Of a DNA stretch of 64,000 nt, positions 1 through 12,325 are shown piece by piece. The translations under genes and the position numbers were made by a program. The stretch is from Piromyces finnis finn. Taxonomy: Eukaryota; Fungi; Neocallimastigomycota. A model generated the notes under the pieces. The model was not told where the DNA came from. It saw nothing but the letters and a program-made list of their open reading frames with translations, and did not search any database. Positions within the stretch are counted from its first letter, which is position 1. Each line of letters starts with the position of its first letter. The DNA is taken from contig MCFH01000068.1 in the NCBI GenBank assembly GCA_002104945.1, positions 124,001 through 188,000 on the forward strand, read 5' to 3'.

Positions 1-253
1 AAATTGTATTAAAAAAAAATAATTTTCATGTATAAAAGAGAGAATAAGAAAGATAAAATAGTTCTTTAGTGTTTTTACTAATAATTAATAAAAATTAGTT
101 TTTTTTTTGTTTCGTCTTTAGTTTGATAATACACTGACCTAGCGAGTTAGTCGTATTATAATAATAAATTTAATAAATAAACATTATTAAAAAAAATATA
201 TATATTTGATTACATTAGAGTGTGTGTGTTTATTATTATAATATTTCGTTACA
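1..253 (+). repeat. Gypsy-1 5' LTR (partial)
   Basis: Near-identical to about 5083-5334; ends TTCGTTACA. Confidence 0.95.
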
Positions 254-322
254 ATAAAAACACTCTAAGAAAAAGATCGCTACCTCAGTGCCTCGTTTAT
301 TTGCTTACTTCTAATTTTTTTT

Positions 323-3300
323 ATGGATAACTCTGCTGATTTGAAGAACGGTTTTGATGGCAACCGTCGCTACCTGAAGGGATTCTTAGCCAAAATGGAC
401 ATGATCTTTATGATCCATCCTGAAATAGGAAGGGACGATGGAGAAAAGGTCTTCTACGTCGTTAGTCGCCTCTACGGGGATGCAATGAATTGGGCTGCTA
501 CCTTGATTAACAACCATGATCCTTGCTTACAGGATTATGGCGCCTTTGTTGGAAAGCTGAAGGCTGCTTTTGGTTTTCAGGATATGGTCTATACTGCCAA
601 CCAAAAACTCAAGAAGATCAAACAACATGGCCTATCCAATACTCAAGAGTATATCAAGGAATTTAACTACTATGCTGATGAATCCACTTGGAATGAACAA
701 GCCAAGATGGATGCTTTTGTTGATGGGTTGGACGATAGAATCGCCACCCATATCCTTCAGATGTTTCCTGGCCCTTCTACCTTGATAAACTTACAAACAA
801 TAGCCAGTCGTATAGGAAGTAGATTGGCATGCCACCAAGAGGAAATAAACAGAAGATCCAATAGAAGTTTCCGTTCTAAACAAAGCTTCCAATCCCGCTC
901 CTCAGAAAGATCTACAAGTAAATCCACTCAGCCCAAGAAGGAAAATAATTTTGGCCCCATTTCAAGTGAAGAACGTAGCCGCCGAATGAAAGAGAATCTC
1001 TGCTTATATTGTGGTAAACCTGGTCACCGATTATCTGAATGCCCTATTAGAACCAAAAAGGAAAACCATACTAATAATGCTGGTGTCCATGTTTTGAATG
1101 AACAAGAAAAATCCACTCGACTTTCGGATAACTCCTCTTTACCTCAAACGGTTATCGATGTTGATGTTGTTCTTCCATACAAATCTGTCGGAACTAAAGT
1201 TCTCTTAGATAGTGGTTCACAATTCTGTTTGATAGACCACGCCTTTGTTAAGGCCCATGAGATCCCTATAATTACCAAAGTAAAATGCCCACAAATTATA
1301 GGTATCGGAGGTCACCAAAAGATTATCGGCCAGACTTGGCCTATAACTGTGGAACACATGAATCACTCATGCCAGTTACAATTTTACGTCGTAGAATTGC
1401 CTTCTTACTGTTGTATTCTTGGCTCTGATTGGCTAGTCCTTCACAATCCGACAATCAATTTTGCTAGTAAGGACGTTTCCTATCATTCTGAATACTGTAA
1501 GGAAAATTGCTTAAGGAAAGAATCTGCTAGCTCTACCACTTCTGAACTCGAAGACCAATCGAAGGACGAAATGTCAGTTGGAAATACACCTGAATACCCT
1601 TTCAATGTATTCACTTGTTTAGAAGAACCTGAAGTTGAGTCACCCCAAATTCCAATTCACTACTCTCAACACTCCAAAGTGTTCGAGGAAAGGCTCGTTG
1701 ATAAACTCCCTCCTCATCGCCCGTACGACTGTGAGATCAACCTGAGACCAAATAGCAACTTGTTTTATGGTCCAATCTACCGACTTACTGAGAAAGAATC
1801 AAAGGTATTAGAAGAAACCATTAATGAAAATTTAAAAAGGGGTTTATCCGCAAATCCAAATCGCCAGCTGGGGCTCCCGTTCTGTTTGTCCCGAAGAAGA
1901 GTGGAGAACTTCGTATGTGTATCGACTACCGCCGCTTGAACGAAATCACCATTAGGAACTCGTACCTTCTCTCATTGATCCAAGACATGTTGGATCATCT
2001 ATGAAAAGCTAAGGTGTTCTCGAAGCTAGATCTTCGATCCGCCTATAACTTGGTAAGAATCAAAGAAGGCGATGAATATAAGACCGCCTTCACCTGTCAA
2101 TTTGGCCATTTCGAATATCTGGTAATGCCTTTCGGTCTCAAGAACGCTCCTGCAGTCTTCCAACATTTTATTAACGACGTTCTTGAAGGCATTATCGGTA
2201 AATTCGTCTTTTCGTATATTGACGATATTATCATTTTCTCTGATAATATAGCCGAACATCATGAACACGTCAATGAAGTCCTTCGTAGACTCGAAGAAGC
2301 CGGATTGTACGCTAAACTTGAAAAATGTCTATTCGACTCTCCTTGTCTTGACTTCCTTGGTCATAGAATCTCTGCCTCTGGTATCGGAATGGACCCTAAT
2401 AAGGTGAAAGCCATTGCGGAATGGCCGACTCCTAAATCGGTCCATGAACTACAATCTTTCCTAGGCTTAGCCAACTATTATCGTAGATTTATTCCTGGCT
2501 TTGCTAAGATTGCTCACCCACTCCACCAACTTTGCAAGAAGAACACCGCCTTCGTTTGGAACGATACCGCTCAAGATGCTTTTGATGCTTTGGTTAAGCA
2601 TTTTATTAGTCAGCCTATCCTTGCATATCCTGATGTTGACCTACCTTTCGTTGTCGAAACCGATGCAAGTAACTTCGCCATAGGTGCTGTATTGTCTCAA
2701 GTCAACAAGTCCGACAATATTCTTCACCCTGTTGCGTTCTTTTCTAGATCCCTTACAAACCCGGAGAAGAACTACCCTATCTATGATAAAGAACTTTTGG
2801 CTATCGTCGCGTCCTTAGAAGTGTGGAGACATTTTTTGAAAGGTGCGAATCATCCTTTCAAAATTATATCAGACCACAGAAACTTCCTTTTTCAGAAGAA
2901 ACCGGAGAAGATGACTCAGAGATTAATTAGATGGTCCCTTTTCCTTGCTGAATTCGATTTTGTCATTGAATATCGCCCTGGTTCCTCGAACGGGAAAACC
3001 GATGCCTTGTCAAGAAGACCTGACTATCTTGATCACTCTTGCAATTCCGATTCTAATAACTCTGTCTTTCGTCCCGAAAATTTCAGCTCCTGCTTTGCTT
3101 CATCCACTCCTTCTTCTCTTCTTGAAAAAATTGCTCTCTCTTGTAAACTTGACAAATTCTTCATTGAGACTTCTAATCAACTTCTCAATGATAATTGTTC
3201 TTCTGACTACAAACTTAGTAACAACGTCCTCCTTTTCCAAGATAAAATCTATGTTCCTAATGATTGCCGAGTGGAAATTCTGTCTTCTTGTCATGACTCC

Positions 3301-4516
3301 CCTGCTGCCGGCCATTTTGGTATTTCAAAAACTTTATCCTTGATTTCCCGTAACTACTGGTGGCCCAAAATGTATCAGGATGTTAAGGACTATGTCCGTT
3401 CTTGTGAGGTCTGCTGTCGTTCGAAATCCTCTAGACATAAACCTTACGGGTTATTATTCACTCTTCCTTTAGGTGAACGTCCCTGGTCTTCCATTGCTAT
3501 GGATTTTATCACTGACCTCCCCTCTTCTCGTGGATTTACCTGTATCTTCGTTGTCATTGATCGATTGACAAAAATGGCTCACTTTATCCCTTTTGAAAAA
3601 GTTCCCACTGCTGAACGTGCTGCCGAAGCTTTCATTAACAACGTCTTCAAACTTCATGGATGCCCTTCCGACATTGTTCTCGACCAAGGTTCTCAGTTCA
3701 CTTCAAAGTTTTGGAAGAAATTCTTTGCTACCCTCAAGATTGATTTGAAATACTCTTCTGCTTATCACCACCAATCCAATGGCCAGACGGAGAGAGTGAA
3801 CTCCGTTGTAGAACAATATCTACGCTGCTTCTCAAATTACAAAGGCACTAACTGAATCGAATACTTAAGCCTAGCTGAATTTAGTTACAATAATTCAGTT
3901 CAAGAATCTGCAAAACAAACACCCTTCTTCTTGAACTATGGTTTCCATCCTAATTTTAATCCAACAATTCCAACAACAAGTGAAGTTCCAAGAGCTGAAG
4001 AATACACAAAAGAATTAAAAGAAATTATCAGAACCCTCAAAAAAAACCTTTCGGAAGCCCAAAAGAAACAAAAACATTTCGCTAATAGACATAGACAACC
4101 AGGCCCGTCATTCAAACCAGGAGAAAAGGTATGGTTAATCAATAATAATTTAGTTAAGGGAAATAAAAAATTCACCCCTCGGAAACTCGGTCCCTATGAA
4201 ATTGAACAACAAATATCAGAAGTCTCATTCAAATTGAAACTCCCTGGTAACATGAAGATTGATCCGGTATTCCATAAATCATCTCTCGAGCCTTACTTCG
4301 AAGGGAAAAGTACAAACCGAAAAGTTCAACCTCCACCACCTGTCATTATAAACGAAGAGGAGGAATACGAAGTAGAAGAAATTCTGGACAAAAGAAGACG
4401 CTATAACAAAACTCAGTACTTGATCAAATGGAAAGGATATCCTATTTCAGAAGCCTCATGGGAACCCGAAGAAAATCTGAACTGTCCAGCAAAGCTAAGA
4501 GAATTCAACAAGACCC

Positions 4517-4521
<5 letters not shown>
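323..4521 (+). pseudogene. Gypsy-1 gag-pol with frameshift and stops
   Basis: CCHC knuckle CLYCGKPGHRLSEC; RT SYIDDII; RNase H VETDASNFAIG; integrase HDSPAAGH/MDFITDLP; chromodomain [16 protein letters not shown]. Frameshift near 1845 and TGA at about 2002 and 3853. Confidence 0.95.
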
Positions 4522-4559
<38 letters not shown>

Positions 4560-4954
4560 AATAATAATAAAATTAACTAATTTTCATTAATTTTTAGACA
4601 CAAATGAGGGAATATCAATTTTTAGAATAAACTTAACCGATACCGTTTTGGCGAAGCTCCCATAGGGATTTACTGGACTTACAAGCGTACCAAGAACAAG
4701 TACTATCAAACGGCCATATTGGAACCTTGCCTATGAAACCTCTAGTACTTGTTGGACATACTTTAGTCTTGGCGCCAACCCGCCTTACATCAAAGTTACT
4801 CTACCAACCCCGACTTCGAACCCACAACCTTCTAGTTTATTGCCAACTACTCGACCATTGTACCACACCTTTTAATTCTCATATGAAGTCAACTGCCTAT
4901 TTAAAAAAAAAAAAAAAAATTATTAGCTTATAAATTCGTCTGGAATCCGAATTT

Positions 4955-4964
4955 AGAGGAGGAG
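4955..4964 (+). other. Polypurine tract of Gypsy-1
   Basis: AGAGGAGGAG two nt before the TG of the 3' LTR. Confidence 0.85.
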
Positions 4965-4966
4965 CT

Positions 4967-5334
4967 TGTAATGAGGTATATCTAATGATAAGGGTTAGAC
5001 TAGAAAATCATTAAGGTTAGATTAATGAAAATTTCATAATTATATTTTTATAACCAATCATTAAGTAATTAATTCACTTATCAAATTGTATTAAAAAAAA
5101 TAATTTTCATGTATAAAAGAGAGAATAAGAAAGATAAAATATTTCTTTAGTGTTTTTATTAATAATTAATAAAAATTAGTTTTTTTTGTTTCGTCTTTAG
5201 TTTGATAATACACTGACCTAGCGAGTTAGTCGTATTATAATAATAAATTTAATAAATAAACATTATTAAAAAAAATATATATATATTTGATTACATTAGA
5301 GTGTGTGTGTTTATTATTATAATATTTCGTTACA
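4967..5334 (+). repeat. Gypsy-1 3' LTR (368 bp)
   Basis: TGTAATG...GTTACA; TATAAAA at 5112; matches window start. Confidence 0.95.
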
Positions 5335-5350
5335 GATACAACTAAATTAA

Positions 5351-6277
5351 TGTAATAAAACAATGTATTTAATTAATGTATCAAATTATGTATTAAATAG
5401 TGTATTAAATAATGTGTTAAATTAATGTATTAAACAATAAATAATAATAAATATTATAATAAATATTAATTAATAAGAAAATAGGTAAATTATATAGAAT
5501 TTATCTATGTGTAAAATGTTCTAAAGTTCAGGTTTGTATACAACACTAAACTAACAATTAAACTAATTATTTTTAATAATAATTTTTATTTATTTATTTA
5601 TTTATTAAAACTATACTAACTAAACAACCGTTGATTACTTTACCGTGAAGGATATTTTACCAGAGCCCTCACTAGGTAATCAATTTATATTTATTTAAAA
5701 CTAAAATTATTAATCTAAACTATAAACTAATTATAAACTAATGTTAATTTATCTAAACAAAATTAACCTATACGATTTTCCAACTATCGTTTCAATAGTT
5801 GAAAAATTTTCTTTATTTATACTTTTTAAATAAATTGAATAAATTCTAATATACATGTTTTAATATTATAATTTTACATTGTTTACATTTATACATTTAT
5901 TAAAAGAAATTATTTGTATTAAACTATTTAAATTCAATATTTATTTAACAAATAATTTTCTAAACTTAAAATAAAGTTTTGATTTATTTACTATATGGTT
6001 GATTATATTTCAAACATATATTTAATTTATTTATTTCTAATTTTGAGGCTTAGTTTATAAAAAAATTTTTTATTATCTAAAATATTTATTGGTTAAAAAT
6101 TATTTAATTTAAAATTTTATTTTATCATCAAAAACTTTATCTTATCATAAAATTAAATTTTACATAAATTTATGTTAATATATTGTGGTATAAATTTTGT
6201 GAAAATTTACGGTACATTAATTTAATACATTATACATTATTTTAAATACGTATTAAATACATTATTTTATTAATACA
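5351..6277. repeat. AT-rich element with imperfect inverted termini (MITE- or solo-LTR-like)
   Basis: TGTAATAAAACAATGTATTTAAT at the left end versus ATTAAATACATTATTTTATTAATACA at the right end; reiterated AATGTATTAAA motifs; no TSD seen. Confidence 0.35.
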
Positions 6278-6279
6278 AT

Positions 6280-6780
6280 ATTTTACAGAAATATTTATGG
6301 TCATAAGTTTGCCCACAAACATTTCAATTGAAACCATATATTCTGGTTACCATTTATTGGCCAGATATATGCATAACTAGGGTTACCCTAACCCTAACCA
6401 TATATTAATGGTTATTAATTAAATAGGAAGTTTATTTGCATTACCCAATCAAGTGGTAAAGGAAATAAACTAGAATAGTTAAATAGAATAGTGTAAACAA
6501 AAGCTAAATACTTTAGCGTTAGTATTAAAGTAAATTAATAACTATAATAACAATTAATGTATGATAATTATAAATAATAAATAAAAAATATAATTAAAAA
6601 ATAATTATTTAAGTAAATTTATTGCATAATAATATTTATATATATTTATATTTATTTTTGTGTTATAAAATTAATTTTAGTTCTTTTATTATTTTTTATA
6701 AAACTTTATTTAGTTATTAACTCATATAGAGAGGTAATAACTAATTTTATTAACTACATAGTAATAACTTATTAACTAAT
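6280..6780 (-). repeat. Dispersed non-coding repeat; homolog in opposite orientation at about 54980-55387 plus 56030-56075
   Basis: Shared blocks such as CTGGCCAATAAATGG and GTGGGCAAACTTATG. Confidence 0.75.
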
Positions 6781-7075
6781 TTATAATAAAACTTTTATAT
6801 ACTAATGATGTTTGACTGCCCAATTTATAGACACCTCGAGGGTTAGAGGACTTATCTGAATTTCTCATTTCTAACTCTAAAATAAATTCTTTCAATAAAT
6901 TAAAGAATTTATTATATATAATTTTATTACTATGAATTTTAAAATTTAAAAAATAAATAATTTTAATTAAGAAACTATTAAAAAATAATTATATTTAATA
7001 ATAAATATTCTTCTTTTATTTATAATATTAGAATATTATATAAAATATTGTAAATGCTTATTATTAGACAATAAT

Positions 7076-9960
7076 TTAATTAAAATAAAATATGTTTTTT
7101 AAGAACTTTGAGGAAATACTAATATTGAACCCTGTGTACGGAACATTGAGAATGTTCCTTTGCCATATCGGTACGACGTCGGCGCTCTTGATTACGTTAG
7201 GTGTCTTACTAAACCTATCAAAAAGTAGCTTCATAGAGCTACTAATGATAGGGATTGTTTTAGTAAGAAATGCCGCGAGACCCTCTACATATGGAACATG
7301 AGACCCCGATGAACTGTAAAGCTGTTCATTCAAATATCTTTGTTCCGCCTTATCGATTTGTAACTCATCATAAGCTAAAGTTCCACCAAGAAGGAACGTA
7401 AAAATATAGTTATAAATTGTTTTTCTTACTTCCGTTTCGGGGAGTAAGTATGTGATGAATTGATTCTTATATTTATTGTAAAAAAGGGTAAAAAGATCGT
7501 CAAGAAAGCAAAGTGAAGAAGTTCTGTTTTCAGAGAATGCGGAACATTCTAATATCCAATGGTAAAAAGATTGTTCGTCATATCCACAACATGGACAGAC
7601 GCAAGGGCAGTCAGGAGTAACTCTATTACTGGCAATAGCAATTCGGGTAGTATTTTCATAACCGCATCGAATACGAATAATCCAGGTAATTCCTAAATTT
7701 AAGTGAGGTATGTTGAGACCGATATGCATTAGGCGATCTGAATTAAGGAATTTGTTGTTAGTATATCTGAGGGCTTTACTTCCATTATTTAGGCTACTAT
7801 TATTCCAATAATGTTCTCTAATATCTTTAGTACTTTTAATATATATTTTCATAAGCTTCTTATGTAGGGAACAAGATTCTTTGGCCCAAGAGTAATGAGA
7901 TATGGGAGGAATAGATCGGACGAGATCTTTAATAATACAATTTGATTTTCTCCATTTAAAAAAGCATTTCACTTGTTGCACAGTAGAAATACCTGAAAGG
8001 GTAGGAATCTTCATATCTCTTGTAAGAGTATACAGACTAATAAATGAATTACGTTCAAAAACAAAATCTTTGTTATTAAAACTTTTATTGTGAAAGCTAT
8101 TGACACTCCATAAAACAGCAGTATTGATAAGAGATTGGACTCTTCTAGTCCTATTTTTGTTGGAACCAAGTAAAGGAGCATAATAAGAGACTTTGCTTAA
8201 AATATATGAATGAATTACTATATTTTTTAAGCCAATAGGAACACAATTGTTAGTGAGGAAGTTCTTAAAAGAAAATAAAGATTTCTGAACTTTTTTGTAC
8301 ATATTAGACAGAATAGGAGTCAGAAAAAGATCTTCGTCGAATGGGATTCCAAGATAAGTATAGCAAGAAACCTTTGGAATCGAGTACATACCGATGTAAA
8401 ATATTGGGTCGACATAACTAGGGGATCTATTAAAGTTGATTGTTTAACAAACATTAGTTGCATATTAATTTATTCCAAAAGACATTTCATTTAAATTAGC
8501 CCAATCAAGGACTAGATTGAGCATCTTTTGAAGGTTCTTCTTGCTAGGAGCAATCAGAACAATGTCATCAGCGAAAAGGCCACCACAACAACGTTTATTT
8601 CCTAAGCTAACTCCAAGCCTTTCACATTTATTTAAAATATCATTGATAAAGAGGTTAAAAAGTATAGGAGAAAGAGGACATCCTTGTCTTACACCACGGT
8701 TTATAGGGAATTCATTGGAAAGCATATCCAAAAAACGTGCACGAGCTTTTGAGGTAGAGTAGAGATTATTGAGAAAATCAAAACATTTACCACGTATACC
8801 TAATTTATATAACTTTGTAAGGATATTAAAATAGGAACTGAGTGGTATGCTTTTTTAAGGTCTAGAAAAGCATCATAAGTGGCTTTTCCTTTGAATTTTC
8901 TTCTTTGACAGATTTCTCTCTAATGGAAATAAATAAGATAATACATTCTTCTTTATTGTGAAAACCAAATTGTTCAGGTCTTATAAAGTTATGAGAAAGA
9001 GCATACTTTGAAATTCTATCAGTTACAATTTTTGAAATAATTTTAAGACCTACATTGATGAGAGAAATACCACGATAATTATTACAATCTGAAGTATCGC
9101 CTTTCTTTGGAATAGAAACAATGGAAGCAGAGTTCCATTTCAAAGGAAAGGAACCATTCCAGATTTTATTAAAAATTAATTTAAGACAATTTCCAGCAGA
9201 CTTATGTTCTTTTTCCAGTTCTTCGTTACAAAAGAAAGCTTTGAAAAATTCAATTGGGATACCATCGGGACCTGGAGCCTTATTATTCTTCATTGACAGA
9301 ACAACATTCCTAATTTCTTCAATAAAAATGGGACCATTTATATCCCATGCTATTTGATTGATATGATTGAATTGGAAGGCTCTTTCCCAGTAACCCCGAT
9401 TTAAGCTATGATTTGTAACATCAGATGCAAGATTTTCATAATGTTCAGCCCAACGTTTTAATTGTTCTTGAGGAGTAAATAAATCCTTGCCATTCTTGTC
9501 CTTAATAGTTGAAACATGGGAGGAGGAATAACTTGGTTTGGCAAATTTTCTAAGGCCTTTCCAACCTTGTCTAAAGCTTTTATCAATAAAATGTTTACCG
9601 ATAGAAACAATATTAGCTTTATAGAGATTGGACCTGAATTTACTCTTAATCTTTTTGATAATATTACATAAATTTTGGTATATGGAGAACTGGTTAAGAT
9701 AATTTTCCATGTCAGCGCAATCTGAAAGGGAATTAATATTTTTGTAAGCCAGGTGTTTTTCATGTGATAAATTTTTGATGTATTGAGGACAATGGAATGC
9801 TGGACCTTTTAAATCTGCAGGCACAATGGCTTTTATATCTTTACCTATAGTTTTGGAGGTATCTAAAAATTTCGAAACTATATCGTCCGCCGAAAGGCTA
9901 TCGCAATTAGCTTCAAGCTCAGAAGCAAGAACAGCAAAGAATCGCTTTTTGATACTATAA
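7076..9960 (-). pseudogene. LINE family B (APE-type non-LTR) RT and CCHC region, degraded
   Basis: KAPGPDGIP, YRGISL, GVRQGCPLSP, FADDIV, YLGIPF, CPCCG..HWILEC; several frameshifts and stops. Confidence 0.93.
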
Positions 9961-10740
9961 TTATTTGACTTTACTTTTCATTAAATATTTAAATTGGTAA
10001 GATTTTAAATCGGAGTTGAATGTCGACACCAGAAAAATTGTAAATAGTATTTTAACATGATGTAGAGTGAATCAGTCTCTTACAAGAAACAATACAACAA
10101 TAACTCCATGAATATAAAAATACAATGCAAATGCTAAAGTTGACTACATTGGATTCTTACAAGAGAAGAGTAGTACTACATGAATACATGAATAAAAGAG
10201 AAAATACAGTAACAAAATGCATTACTCTTATAATTAAATACTATACAAACTTACTTGAATATCAAACATTCAACTTATTCATCAAATACTTAAATTCGAT
10301 GGATAAATGTTTTTAATCACTCAGTAACATGAGCTTAGTCCTAATAATATTCCCAAACAAAGACTAATCAAGCATCCATTGCGCAATACTTGGATTTTAT
10401 TCTTTCTACTCTCTCAGTACCATGAGCATGAGTAGAGCCCCTTGAGAAACTCCATTTATTAAATAAATGAAGGCACGTTCCCAAGGGGGCAGTACTACAC
10501 GAATACATGAATTAAAAGAAGAAAATACAACAACAAAAATGGATTACCCTTTTAATTAAATACTATATAATTTACTTGAATACCAAATATTCAACCTTTC
10601 TATCTGAAAAACTTTTAAAACAAGATGGACAAGTGTTATGTAAATCGTCCAGTACTATGAGCATGAGTAGAAGAAACTAGAAACTTCTTTTATTAAATAA
10701 ATGAAGACACGCTCTCAAGAGAGGAAGTAAATTAACAAAC
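9960..10740 (-). repeat. LINE-A-type modular 5'UTR fused to LINE-B ORF
   Basis: 9965-10440 matches 44640-45120 and 26240-26730 (reverse complement); CTCATGCTCATGGTACTGAG modules. Confidence 0.8.
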
Positions 10741-11377
10741 CATTTTATAAAAAAGCATAAATAAAATAAGAAATTATATATAAATTATAAAATAATAAAA
10801 TTAAAAAATTAAATTTAATATTGTTAAATTTTTTTATAATAAAAATTGAAAATAATATATTATAATTATAATCATCTGTTATTTAAAGAAAAATATGATA
10901 CATAACTATCAATACTCAAAACTATTAATATATCTAATAAATTTTTATTGTTAATATACAATGCTTAAAAAAAATTTACATATTTTTAAAAGTACTAACA
11001 TTTCAATTCTAAAAGTATTAAATTTTAGTATTAATTTCATATACATATATAAATTTATTTAATATACTTTTGAATAATCATTAAAATGTTAATTTTTAAC
11101 TTCTTATTCACAAATACAAATAATATTTTTCTTATTAAAAATTACAAATATAATTATTATAATTTATTTCATATCATATTAAATCATCAGTTTTTATTTA
11201 TTAAATTGCTTTTAAAATTTTCTTTCTTTTTATTATTAAAAAGTAAATTAAATAAGTAGTACTTGTTATATATTGAATTTAATATATTAAATTACAATTT
11301 ATTACACAATATAAAATCTTTATAATCATTTACAAATTATTGTAATTCGATAATAGAAAAGTTTATTAGCATGAATA

Positions 11378-12325
11378 TTAATTTAATATTTTAACAATTA
11401 TTTGTTTATGGTAATTTTCATCATTTATATCTCCAATATTTCTTCTACCATTTTTAACATTATTAACATATTTATTTCTTATTTTTACTCTTTTTTTAAC
11501 ATTTTTTAGAAACCATTCATATTCTAAATCTACATGACCAATATCAATTGTCTGATATCCTTCCTTAAACATATCATATGCTAAAACACTAGCAGTTGGA
11601 CCAAGAGCAATTAATATTAATTTACTTTTATCAACTTTGATAACTTCATTATATATTTTATCATATACAGAAAAAGAATTTCTAATTGGACATAGCACTC
11701 TTTGTATAGATCTTGTGTTATTAAATAAATCATTACCAACTCCTAATCTTGATTTTTCACCTTCAACAATTAATATGTCTCTATTTTCCCATATTTTTTT
11801 TAATTTTTTTACATAATTTCTTGAATACGACTTATCCCTGTAATAAATATAAAATCTTGAAATATTTGCAGAATAATATAATTTATCTTTATGGAGTAAA
11901 CTTAATAATAAATATTTATTTTTTGAAATAAAACCTTTAAATATTGACCTAAATTCATTAGTTAATTTATTTAAATATTTTTGATTAATTGAATCACTAA
12001 TTCCTATAAGAAAGTTTTTATCATTACTTTGTAAAACTTTTTTTAATTTTTTTTGCAATATTTTATTATATTTTTGGAAAGAGCAATTTCTTCCATTTAT
12101 AATATTAAATTCCCCATCTCCAAATCTTCCAATAGATTTATTTTTATTTATTATTTCATTTAAAGTTTCGTCAGAAGATAAAATTTTTATTTTATTTAAT
12201 AGTTTTTCAACAGGGCAGTCATTACATTTTGTATTTATACTTTTTTTAGTATCAGAACATTTTAAACAATACTTATATTTATCAAAAAAATCAATACTTT
12301 TATTAACTTTCGTATATTTTTTCAA
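11378..12325 (-). CDS. GT-D fold (DUF1792 / SP_1767-like) glycosyltransferase domain protein; true start uncertain (ORF called from TTG)
   Basis: IGRFGDGEF, IVEGEKSRLGVGNDLFNN, ALGPTASVLAYD, IDIGHVDLEYEWF family motifs. Confidence 0.85.
   Translation of the reverse strand: MKKYTKVNKSIDFFDKYKYCLKCSDTKKSINTKCNDCPVEKLLNKIKILSSDETLNEIINKNKSIGRFGDGEFNIINGRNCSFQKYNKILQKKLKKVLQSNDKNFLIGISDSINQKYLNKLTNEFRSIFKGFISKNKYLLLSLLHKDKLYYSANISRFYIYYRDKSYSRNYVKKLKKIWENRDILIVEGEKSRLGVGNDLFNNTRSIQRVLCPIRNSFSVYDKIYNEVIKVDKSKLILIALGPTASVLAYDMFKEGYQTIDIGHVDLEYEWFLKNVKKRVKIRNKYVNNVKNGRRNIGDINDENYHKQIIVKILN

Larger units (their letters stand above)
1..5334 (+). mobile_element. Ty3/Gypsy chromovirus LTR retrotransposon (Gypsy-1), degenerate; 5' LTR cut by window start
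   Basis: Gag, protease (LLDSGS), RT, RNase H, integrase and chromodomain in order; direct repeats 1-253 and 4967-5334; polypurine tract before the 3' LTR. Confidence 0.97.

Noticed and set aside
570-4175. Short overlapping or antisense ORFs within Gypsy, Copia and LINE coding regions
   Set aside because: Shadow frames of the retroelement genes
10125-10316. Recurrent small ORF MQMLKL.. (also 26349-26558 and 44801-45010)
   Set aside because: Antisense to LINE 5'UTRs; conservation is explained by repeat copy identity and a frameshifted stretch differs between copies
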